DNA of 64,000 nt, taken from contig JAJDNC010000061.1 in NCBI GenBank assembly GCA_022340865.1, positions 15,648-79,647 of the forward strand, read 5' to 3'. The stretch's first letter is position 1; each line of letters starts with the position of its first letter. The position numbers and the translations under genes are program-made. The notes under the pieces were generated by a model, which worked only from the letters and a program-made list of their open reading frames with translations, was not told the origin of the DNA and ran no database searches. Source of the stretch: Gemmatimonadota bacterium. Lineage in GTDB: Bacteria; Gemmatimonadota; Gemmatimonadetes; Longimicrobiales; Gaopeijiaceae. Positions 53,009 through 61,298 of this stretch are shown in pieces.

Positions 53009-53095
53009 ATGGAGGTGCTCGAAGCGATTCGCACGCGCCGTTCCATCCTGCGGCGCCCACACGGAGGAACATCCCGGCAGACCTGTGGTTCATAG
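53009..53095 (+). pseudogene. Remnant of a nitroreductase-family gene (N-terminal ~15 codons recognisable, then decayed)
   Basis: ATG 53009 encodes MEVLEAIRTRRSI..., the hallmark N-terminus of nitroreductase family proteins (..LEAIxxRRSxR.F). The frame then degenerates and stops after 28 codons. No full-length ORF follows before the MFS gene at 53216. Confidence 0.4.
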
Positions 53096-53215
53096 GGCGT
53101 CGGGTTCGCGCGGGCGGAGAGCCCCGGGGCCACACGGAGATAGGCAGCAGACCAGACCGGTGCGAGGTGTACGCTCGGCGCCGGCCCCGCCGAGGCTACG
53201 GAGAAATGGGAGCGC

Positions 53216-54469
53216 ATGAAGGCTGAGCGAACGCGGCTGAACCGTCAGGAATGGTGGGCCGTCGGCACATTGAGCGGCGTGTTCTTCCTGCGCATGCTCG
53301 GGATCTTCCTCGTGCTGCCGGTGCTGGGCCCGTATGCGAGCAAGCTTCCCGGAGCCACCCCGCTGCTGGTCGGGCTGGCCTACGGCGCGTTCCCCCTCTT
53401 GCAGACCGCGTTCCAGGTGCCGTTCGGCTGGATGAGCGACCACATCGGCCGCAAGCCGATGATCGCCGTTGCGCTGTGCATGTTCACCGCCGGCAGCGTG
53501 TGGGCGGCCTTCGCGCACTCCATCTGGACGCTCATCGGCGCCATGGCTCTACAGGGCTCCGGAGCCGTCGCCGCCGTGATCCTGGCCCTCGTGGCCGATC
53601 TGACGCGACCGGAGGTCCGCACGCGCTCCATGGCCATGATCGGCAGCAGCATCGGGCTTGCCTTCGGCGTGGGCTTCGTGGGCGGTCCGCTTCTGGCCGG
53701 CCACCTGGGCGTCGCGTCGATCTTCGAGGTGTTGGCTGTGCTCACGCCCATCGCGCTGCTCGTCGTGCTGTTCATCGTGCCAGCCCCCGACAAGCAGCAG
53801 CACCCCGACGAGATCGAGGGCTCCGTCGGCGGGTTCAGGGACGTGATCACGAACCCCGACCTGCTGCGGATGGACAGCGGGATCTTCGTGCTCAACGGCA
53901 CGCTGCGCGGACTCTTCCTGGTGGCGCCGTTTCTCCTGTCCACAATGGTGGAGAAGCAGCACGAGTGGCTGGTCTACCTGGGCGCGCTGCTGGTCGCAGG
54001 CGTCGTGATGGTGCCGGTGATCATCTTCGCCGAACGCGACGGGTACATGAAGGAGGCGCTGTACTTCTCGCTGCTGTCGCTCGGCGCGGGGCTGCTCCTG
54101 TTCACGAGCGGCGGCCACAGCGTGACCTGGTTCTTCCTGGCCATCGCGCTGTACTTCATCGGCTTCAGCCTGCTGGAAGCCATCATGCCTTCGCTGTTGA
54201 CGCGGCTGGCCCCCGCCAGCAACCGCGGCAAGGCCACCGGCGTGTTCAACATGAGCCAGTATCTCGGCTCGTTCGGCGGAGCCCTGCTCGGAGCCCTGTT
54301 CCTCGGAGGCGGCAATGGCAGGGAGATCGGGGTGGGCTCCCACTACGGTCTCTTGTTCGTGGTCCTGGCCTGCGGCGTCGCGATCTGGGCCTGGATCGCG
54401 TGGAAGCTCCCCATGCCCACACGCCGACCAGCCGCCGCCGACGGTCCGGTTGTCGACGTGGAGAATTAG
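53216..54469 (+). CDS. MFS transporter
   Basis: It has 12 TM segments and MFS loop motif GWMSDHIGRKPMI between TM2 and TM3. Confidence 0.8.
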   Translation: MKAERTRLNRQEWWAVGTLSGVFFLRMLGIFLVLPVLGPYASKLPGATPLLVGLAYGAFPLLQTAFQVPFGWMSDHIGRKPMIAVALCMFTAGSVWAAFAHSIWTLIGAMALQGSGAVAAVILALVADLTRPEVRTRSMAMIGSSIGLAFGVGFVGGPLLAGHLGVASIFEVLAVLTPIALLVVLFIVPAPDKQQHPDEIEGSVGGFRDVITNPDLLRMDSGIFVLNGTLRGLFLVAPFLLSTMVEKQHEWLVYLGALLVAGVVMVPVIIFAERDGYMKEALYFSLLSLGAGLLLFTSGGHSVTWFFLAIALYFIGFSLLEAIMPSLLTRLAPASNRGKATGVFNMSQYLGSFGGALLGALFLGGGNGREIGVGSHYGLLFVVLACGVAIWAWIAWKLPMPTRRPAAADGPVVDVEN

Positions 54470-54781
54470 GCCGCGCCAGGATCAGGCGGCCTGGGCGGGC
54501 GGCAGCTTCCCTGGACAGCACGCGTAGACAGTATCCCCGACGCAAGACGCCCTCCCGGCGCCAGCAGGCGCCAGATGGCCCTGGCGGGATTTCGATGTCG
54601 AGGTGCGTGCCCCTCGCGTGCCCTTGATGAGGCTGCCGCCAAAGCGATGCGCCATGGGCGAGGCGGGCAGCGCGTCGAGCCGCGGTGCGCGCTCCCCTTG
54701 CTCCCTCGGCACCCGCATCCTACGGTGCTTCCAGTCCCCCGGGGTTCTCGGACGTCCTTTCCCTCTTCCGGTCGGCTGCTG

Positions 54782-56764
54782 ATGGAATTACCGACGATCC
54801 TGAAGCGCGGTGCCAGGCTGCTGGCGGACTTCAACCCCGACTCCCGCACCGTACGCCTGGTCCTCGGCGCGCTGGCGGTCGGAGCTTACGCCATCACCTT
54901 CGCGGAGCTCTACGACATTTACGGCAGCGGATCGCTGTACCTGGCGGCAGCCCTCGTTCTCATCCTGGGCTGGCTCTTCGGTTTCGCCGTCGGCGTCATC
55001 TCGGCCGTTCTCACATTTCCGCTCAACGCCCTGCTGCTCACGCTGCTCAAAGTCCCGGGCTGGAGCACCGTCACGACGCCCGACGCGCTGCAGGCTGCCG
55101 TGCTGGTCATCGTGCTCGGCGCCATCATCGGTGGACTGCGCGACATCGGCGAGCGCATGGAGCACGAGACGGAGACGCGCCGCCGCGCGGAAGCCGCGCA
55201 CCGGGAGAGCGAAGAACGCTACCGCATCGTCGTCGAAGGCGCATCCGAGGCGATCCTCACCATCGATGAGGACAATCTGATCGTCTACGCCAATCCCGCG
55301 GCGGAGCGGATCTTCGGCCACGCCGTCAGCGACCTGATCCAACACCACTTCAACATGCTCGTGGCCGAGAACGAGGGCCGTGTCGACGCCCTGGCCTTCC
55401 CGCCGCCGCCGGAACTCCTCAGCGGTAAGGGCCAGCGCGCCGTCGAGATCGACGGGCGCCACCGTGATGGCGCCCGCATTCCGCTCGAGGTCTCCTTCGG
55501 CGAGTACTACCGCGGCCGCGAGCACGCCTACATCGGGATCGTTCGGGACATCACGGAGCGCAAGGCGGTGGAGAGGGCGCTGAAGACGGCGAAGGAAGCG
55601 GCGGAGCAGGCGAACACCGCCAAGAGCGAGTTTCTGTCGCGGATGAGCCACGAGCTGCGCACGCCGCTGAACGCGGTCCTGGGCTTCGGCCAGCTCCTGG
55701 AGATGGACGAGCTGAACGAAGAACAGCGCGAGGGCGTGGACCAGATTCTGAAGGCGGGCCGCCACCTCCTGGACCTCATCAACGAGGTGCTGGACATCGC
55801 ACGCATCGAAGCCGGACGTCTGGCGCTCTCGTTGGAGCCAACCCCCCTGAGTGAAGTCGTGCGCGAAGCTTGCGAGCTTGTCCGCCCCATCGCCGGCCAG
55901 CGCATGGTCAGCCTTGATTCCGACCCGGTGGATGCGTCCGGAGCGCACGTCCTGGCAGATCGACAGCGACTCAAGCAAGTCATGCTCAACCTCCTCTCCA
56001 ACGCCGTGAAGTACAATCGCGAGGGCGGCTCGGTGAGCGTGACCACGGAGACCGACGGCGGTGAGGTCAGCATCCACGTGGAGGACAGCGGCTTCGGCAT
56101 CCCGGGCGACAAGCTGGAAGCACTCTTCACGCCCTTCGAGCGCCTCGACGCGGACCGCACGGGTATCGAGGGCACGGGCCTCGGCCTGGCTCTGTCGAGG
56201 CGTCTGGTGGAGGCCATGGGCGGTCGCATGCTGGTGGCGAGCGAGGTCGGCACCGGAAGCACCTTCACGGTCATTCTGCCCGTGGCGGAGAAGCCGGTGG
56301 AAGATCTCGAGCGGCGCGTCGTCGAGGCCGGTGGTGCAGGCCAGCCGGACATCGAGCGAGAGGCGGCCATCACGCGGACGGTGCTCTACATCGAGGACAA
56401 CATCTCCAACTTCAGGCTGATCGAGCGCGTCCTCGCCCATCGGCCGGGCGTTGGCCTGCTCCCCGCCATGCAGGGTCATCTGGGTCTGGAGCTCGCCCGC
56501 GAACATCACCCGGACCTGATCCTGCTCGACCTGCATCTCCCGGACATGCGTGGCAGCGAGGTCCTGGCCGAGTTGCACGAGGACGACCGCGTGCGTGACA
56601 TTCCTGTCGTCGTGATCAGTGCGGATGCGACGCCCGGCCAGATTCAGCGCCTGCTCGACGCGGGAGCACGGGACTACCTGACCAAGCCCTTGGACGTGCA
56701 GCAGTTCCTTTCGGTGCTGGACGAGACGCTCGTGGAGGCCGGAAAGGCGAACGATGGACAGTGA
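54782..56764 (+). CDS. Hybrid sensor histidine kinase (membrane sensor domain - PAS - HisKA - HATPase_c - receiver)
   Basis: The start is MELPTILKRG... with about 4 TM helices. The PAS segment has ERYRIVVEGASEAILTIDEDNLIVYANPAAERIFG. The H-box is FLSRMSHELRTPLNAV, the N/G boxes are NLLSNAVKYN and DSGFGIP...GTGLGLA, and the C-terminal receiver has VLYIEDN...LILLDLHLPDMRG. Confidence 0.85.
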   Translation: MELPTILKRGARLLADFNPDSRTVRLVLGALAVGAYAITFAELYDIYGSGSLYLAAALVLILGWLFGFAVGVISAVLTFPLNALLLTLLKVPGWSTVTTPDALQAAVLVIVLGAIIGGLRDIGERMEHETETRRRAEAAHRESEERYRIVVEGASEAILTIDEDNLIVYANPAAERIFGHAVSDLIQHHFNMLVAENEGRVDALAFPPPPELLSGKGQRAVEIDGRHRDGARIPLEVSFGEYYRGREHAYIGIVRDITERKAVERALKTAKEAAEQANTAKSEFLSRMSHELRTPLNAVLGFGQLLEMDELNEEQREGVDQILKAGRHLLDLINEVLDIARIEAGRLALSLEPTPLSEVVREACELVRPIAGQRMVSLDSDPVDASGAHVLADRQRLKQVMLNLLSNAVKYNREGGSVSVTTETDGGEVSIHVEDSGFGIPGDKLEALFTPFERLDADRTGIEGTGLGLALSRRLVEAMGGRMLVASEVGTGSTFTVILPVAEKPVEDLERRVVEAGGAGQPDIEREAAITRTVLYIEDNISNFRLIERVLAHRPGVGLLPAMQGHLGLELAREHHPDLILLDLHLPDMRGSEVLAELHEDDRVRDIPVVVISADATPGQIQRLLDAGARDYLTKPLDVQQFLSVLDETLVEAGKANDGQ

Positions 56765-57833
56765 TTCCCTGAGCGGCGCGCGGGTCCTCATCGTGGACGA
56801 CGAGAACGCCAACGTTCTCCTGCTCCAGAGGATCCTCCAACGCGCCGGATTCGAGGAGTTCAAGAGCACCACGGACTCGCGGCACGTCCTTCCGCTCTTC
56901 ACGGAGTTCAAGCCGGATCTGGTCCTGCTCGACCTGCACATGCCGCATCTGGACGGCTACGCGGTCATGGACCAGCTCCACTCACGCATCGGACCCTCCG
57001 AATACCTGCCGATCCTCGTGTTGACGGCGGACGTGACAGCCGCGACCAAGCAGCGAGCTCTCTCGGCCGGAGCCCGTGACTTCCTGACGAAGCCGCTCGA
57101 CGCCACGGAAGTGGTGTTGCGTATCCGGAACCTGCTCGAGACCCGCTCCCTGCATCAGGTGCTCCAGAACCAGAACGTCAGGCTCGAGGAGAAGGTGCGC
57201 GAGCGCACGGCCGCGCTCCAGGAGGCGCAGCTCGAGATCCTCGCCCGCCTCGCCTCTGCGGCCGAGTATCGCGACGACGACACCGGCGAGCACGCGCAGC
57301 GCGTGGGCAGCCTCGCGGGCTTTCTCGCTGGCGCGATCGGCCTCTCAGAGGAGCAGAGCGAGCTGATCCGCCTGGCCGCGCCGCTGCACGACGTGGGCAA
57401 GATCGGCATTCCGGACGCGATCCTGCTCAAGCCGGGTGCGCTGACCGCCGACGAGTACGAGGTCATGAAGACGCACACGACCATCGGCGCCCGCATCTTG
57501 TCCGGCAGCCGGTCACCGATGCTTCAGCTCGCCGAGGAGATCGCGCTCTACCACCATGAGAAATGGGATGGAACGGGCTACGCCGGGCTTCGCTCCGACG
57601 GAATTCCCGTTCCCGCCCGTCTCGTGGCCGTGGCCGATGTCTTCGATGCGCTCACCCACGAACGGCCCTATCGGAACGCCTTGTCCATGGAGGATGCGAT
57701 CACGTACGTCCGGGATCAGAGCGGGCGTCACTTCGACCCCTCGATCGCGGAGCTCTTTCTCGACGCCCCCGGGAACGTGGTCAGCTCCGCGCGGGGTTAT
57801 CCAGGGCATGAAGAGGGTGTTCAAGGACCCTGA
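56754..57833 (+). CDS. Response regulator with HD-GYP-type (RpfG-like) output domain
   Basis: The receiver has VLIVDDENAN...LVLLDLHMPHLDG. The HD domain has HAQRV...PLHDVGKIGIPD and YHHEKWDGTGYAGL (GYP degenerated to GYA). It overlaps the kinase gene by 11 nt. Confidence 0.8.
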   Translation: MDSDSLSGARVLIVDDENANVLLLQRILQRAGFEEFKSTTDSRHVLPLFTEFKPDLVLLDLHMPHLDGYAVMDQLHSRIGPSEYLPILVLTADVTAATKQRALSAGARDFLTKPLDATEVVLRIRNLLETRSLHQVLQNQNVRLEEKVRERTAALQEAQLEILARLASAAEYRDDDTGEHAQRVGSLAGFLAGAIGLSEEQSELIRLAAPLHDVGKIGIPDAILLKPGALTADEYEVMKTHTTIGARILSGSRSPMLQLAEEIALYHHEKWDGTGYAGLRSDGIPVPARLVAVADVFDALTHERPYRNALSMEDAITYVRDQSGRHFDPSIAELFLDAPGNVVSSARGYPGHEEGVQGP

Positions 57834-57931
57834 GGGACATGTGCCAGGCATACGGGCCGGCGACTGCGCCTCCGGTCGGAGCTCGTCGCGGTCTCCGGAT
57901 GCGAGACCCGATTCGACGCGCACACGCATTC

Positions 57932-60900
57932 TCAGCGTGGCCGGGAGCCGGATTTCGGGACGGGTCTGTAGGCGGGCGTAGGTACGATCACGGCCGCCTT
58001 CCCCTCGAGAAGGGCGTTGAACGCCTGCACCCCGGGGCCGAGGAGGGCGTCGATCCGGGCCTGGACGGGGGGCCACTGCGCCTGGAGATCCGACAGCCGC
58101 TGCTTCATGCCCTGCGTGACGGGCATGTACGAGCCGTCCATGTTGCTGGCGAGGTAGACCCACTGGTCCACGATGCCGTTGTGGAAGTTGATGATATCCT
58201 GGCCGTTGGTGTGCTTGGGCTGCACCAGGCTCACGCTCATCGAGTCCAGGCGGGCCGCCAGCGTCTTGCCGGTGGACCTCACCTTCTCGGTGTTGGGCAG
58301 GTCCTCGGCGTGCGCCACGATCGCCTTCACCTGGTCGGCCACGTCGTTCAAGCGTTTGGCGTCCTGGAAGATGGTGTTGGCGCCGCTGTCCACGGCAGCG
58401 ATCATGCGCTGCTCCTGGGCGATCTGCTCGGCGGTCAGGTGGACGCGCGGATCGAGCTTCACGGTGAGCGGCGCCGTGTGCTCCTTGCCGCCCACGGTGA
58501 GCCGCACGGTGTACCTTCCCGGGGCCACGAGGTACCCGGCGGTGGAGCCGAAGAACGTGATACCGCGCGGGGCGTCGAGTCGGGCGGTGCGCAGATTCCA
58601 GACCGCGCGGTGCATCCCCGGTGCTCCATCCATGGCCTGTCCGCCCGGTTCGTGTCCGGTGTGATAGCTGCGGACGACGGCGCCCTGCGCATCGAGAACG
58701 GTGAGTGAGACCTTGGTAGAGTCGGTACCGGCCGCGATGTGGTAGTACAGAGTGGCTCCGCTTGGCGGGTTCTGACCGGCGTCGGCACCGCGGCCGCCCC
58801 CCCACTCGGTGAGGTACGCGGCGCGCGGGCGGAACAACATGGTCTCGCCCGAAGCCACGCTGTCCGCGCCCTGTTCCAGGGGGGACAGGTCGTCCAGGAT
58901 CCAGAAGGCGCGCCCCTCGGTGGAGGCCACCAGATCGCCGTCGTGCACCTTGAGGTCGGTCACCGGCACGCTGGGCAGGTTGGCCTGCAGGCTCTGCCAG
59001 TTCCGGCCGTCGTCGAACGACACGTACGCGCCGGTCTCCGTGCCGGCGTACAGCAGCCCGCGACGCACCGGATCGGCGCGCACGACGCGCACCTGGTCCC
59101 CGGCCCGGATGCCATGCACCAGCTCCGTCCACGAGCGACCGTAGTCGGTGGTCTTGTAGATGTGCGGCGAGCGGTCGTTCCACTTGTAGCCGTCGTACGT
59201 GATGTACGCCGTGCCGGCGACGAACGGTGAGACCTCGATGGCGTTCACGAAGCCGGGCCCGACGCCCTTGGGCGTCACGTTCGACCACGTCTTCCCGCCG
59301 TCCCGGGTGAGCTGGACGAGGCCGTCGTCGGTACCCACCCAGATGGTGCCGGAGTCGTGCGGAGAGGGCTCGATGTAGTAGATGGTGTTGTACACCTCAC
59401 CACCCGCGCCCTCGTTGGTGATGGGCGCACCGCCCCAGCCCTGGTGGGCCTTCTCGTTCCGTGTCAGGTCGGGGCTGATCACGCTCCACGACTGCCCGCG
59501 ATCGGACGTCTCGAAGAGGACGTTGCCGCCCCAGTAGATCACGTGCGGATCCTGCGGCGATACGGCCATCGGCGCGCTCCAATTGAAGCGGTAGCGCGTG
59601 GAATCGGATGGCTCGTTGAGGTTCATCGCCGCGTATGCCTGGATGTTCCGGCCCATCCGGGTCTCGCGGTCGAATTCGCTGACGATTCCCTGGTAGCAGT
59701 CGCCGTAGATGTAGCGCGGATCGTTGGGGTCGAACACCAGATGCGAGCTCTCGCACCCGGCGACGGGGTACCAGTCGGCGGCCGTGATGCCGCCGGGCGC
59801 GGCGCTGGGCGTGGCGATGGAGGTGTTGTCCTGCTGCGCGCCGTACACCCAGTACGGGTACATGTCGTCGGTGTTCACCCGATAAATCTGGGCCGTGGGC
59901 TGATTGTCCTGCGTCGACCACGACTTGCCTCCGTCGAGGGTGATGGTGGCACCCCCGTCGTTGCCGTTGATCATGTCGTCGTGGTTGCGCGGGTTGATCC
60001 ACAGATCGTGGTTGTCGCCGTGCTTCGCCCGCAGCACCTGGAAGGTCTTGCCGCCGTCGATGGACTTGAGAATCGGGGAGTTCATCACGTAGACGACGTT
60101 CTCGTCCTGCGGGTCGGCGATGATGCTGGTGTAGTACCAGGCGCGCGAGCGGATATTGCGTTGAGCGCTGTAGTGACGCCAACTCTGGCCACCGTCGTCC
60201 GAGCGGTAGACGCCGCCGGTGTCGCCACGGGCCTCGAAGATGGCGTAGACGCGGTCCGGGTTCGCGCCCGACACGGATACGCCGATCCGACCGACGAGAC
60301 CTGTGGGGAGCCCGTGTCCGACGAGCCGCGTCCAGCGCGCACCCCCGTCGGTGGTCTTCCAGATGCCGCTCCAGGGGCCGCCGCTCCTGATCTGCCAGGG
60401 CGTGCGCTGAAAGTCCCACATCGCCGCGTACAGGATGCGCGGGTTCGACGGATCCATGCTCAGGTCGATGGCCGAGGCGCTGTCGCTGGGGTGCAGGATC
60501 TGCGTCCAGTGCGCGCCCCCGTCCGTGGTCTTGTAGATGCCGCGATCGGGACCGGGTGCCCACTTGCTTCCCTCCGCCGCGATGTACGCCACGTCGGGAT
60601 CGCGCGGGTCGACGCGCACCTTCGCGATGGAGATCGAGCTCTCCATCCCGATGTGCGTCCAGGTCCTCCCCGCGTCCGTGGACCTGTACATGCCGTCGCC
60701 CCAGCTGGAGGACTGGCCGCGCGGCTCCGACTCGCCCATCCCGGCGTACACCACGTTGGGATCGCTGGGCGCGACGGCGAGCGCGCCGATGGAGCCCATG
60801 CGAGTCTGGTCGTCGGACACGTTGTTCCAGGTGATGCCGGCATCCGTGGTCTTCCAGATGCCGCCGCCCGTCGCGCCCATGTAGAAGGTCATGGGCTGCT

Positions 60901-61105
60901 GCGGTACTCCGGTGACGGTGGTGACGCGGCCGCCCCGGTAGGGGCCGATGCTGCGCCAGTGCAGTCCGCCGAAGAGCGTCGAGTCGAACGTCGAAGCGCC
61001 CGTGACCAGCCGGGGCGGGGTCTGGGCGGTGGCGGACGGGGCCGTCAGGGTCAGCGTGACGAGGACGAGCGTGCCGGTCGCGAACGGAATGCAGGTAGAT
61101 CGCAT
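57932..61105 (-). CDS. Sortilin/VPS10-like BNR repeat propeller protein (~1057 aa), secreted
   Basis: The start is MRSTCIPFATGTLVLVTLTLTAPSATAQ (ATG 61105). The longest ORF (to 61360) adds an implausible Arg-rich extension. It has many Asp-box motifs (KTTDAGITW, RSTDAGRTW, KTTDGGAHW, KTTDGGARW, RSDDGGQSW, KSIDGGKTF, TLDGGKSW, ETSDRGQSW, TRDGGKTW, KTTDYGRSW, SFDDGRNW). Confidence 0.85.
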   Translation of the reverse strand: MRSTCIPFATGTLVLVTLTLTAPSATAQTPPRLVTGASTFDSTLFGGLHWRSIGPYRGGRVTTVTGVPQQPMTFYMGATGGGIWKTTDAGITWNNVSDDQTRMGSIGALAVAPSDPNVVYAGMGESEPRGQSSSWGDGMYRSTDAGRTWTHIGMESSISIAKVRVDPRDPDVAYIAAEGSKWAPGPDRGIYKTTDGGAHWTQILHPSDSASAIDLSMDPSNPRILYAAMWDFQRTPWQIRSGGPWSGIWKTTDGGARWTRLVGHGLPTGLVGRIGVSVSGANPDRVYAIFEARGDTGGVYRSDDGGQSWRHYSAQRNIRSRAWYYTSIIADPQDENVVYVMNSPILKSIDGGKTFQVLRAKHGDNHDLWINPRNHDDMINGNDGGATITLDGGKSWSTQDNQPTAQIYRVNTDDMYPYWVYGAQQDNTSIATPSAAPGGITAADWYPVAGCESSHLVFDPNDPRYIYGDCYQGIVSEFDRETRMGRNIQAYAAMNLNEPSDSTRYRFNWSAPMAVSPQDPHVIYWGGNVLFETSDRGQSWSVISPDLTRNEKAHQGWGGAPITNEGAGGEVYNTIYYIEPSPHDSGTIWVGTDDGLVQLTRDGGKTWSNVTPKGVGPGFVNAIEVSPFVAGTAYITYDGYKWNDRSPHIYKTTDYGRSWTELVHGIRAGDQVRVVRADPVRRGLLYAGTETGAYVSFDDGRNWQSLQANLPSVPVTDLKVHDGDLVASTEGRAFWILDDLSPLEQGADSVASGETMLFRPRAAYLTEWGGGRGADAGQNPPSGATLYYHIAAGTDSTKVSLTVLDAQGAVVRSYHTGHEPGGQAMDGAPGMHRAVWNLRTARLDAPRGITFFGSTAGYLVAPGRYTVRLTVGGKEHTAPLTVKLDPRVHLTAEQIAQEQRMIAAVDSGANTIFQDAKRLNDVADQVKAIVAHAEDLPNTEKVRSTGKTLAARLDSMSVSLVQPKHTNGQDIINFHNGIVDQWVYLASNMDGSYMPVTQGMKQRLSDLQAQWPPVQARIDALLGPGVQAFNALLEGKAAVIVPTPAYRPVPKSGSRPR

Positions 61106-61178
61106 GGGAGGGAGTGGGAGGCAGGAGAACCGGGAATCGACGGACCCGATTATACGGTCCGACCCCCGGGTGTGCGAA
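60644..61178. repeat. Copy B of the ~540-bp segmental duplication (partner at 38214-38754)
   Basis: See copy A. This copy covers the 5' ~460 nt of the sortilin-like CDS and ~75 nt of its leader. Confidence 0.9.
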
Positions 61179-61298
61179 CTCGTGACCCCGGCTGTCTGAG
61201 TCGCCTCACGCTGGGCGACGGTCGAGAGGATACATTGCCTTCGACGCCTTCGACGATCGCACGTGTTCGCCTCTTCGCACCCTCTTCGAGGAGATCCC

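Noticed and set aside
54788-56941. A 717-aa minus-strand ORF, and similar long antisense ORFs (8377-10368, 18019-19782, 23647-25326, 25828-27438, 27491-28909, 29622-31502, 59357-61495, 2618-3700, 37902-38915)
   Set aside because: Each lies opposite or off-frame to a gene with unambiguous family motifs, and none has motifs of its own. Stop-codon depletion in GC-rich DNA explains them.
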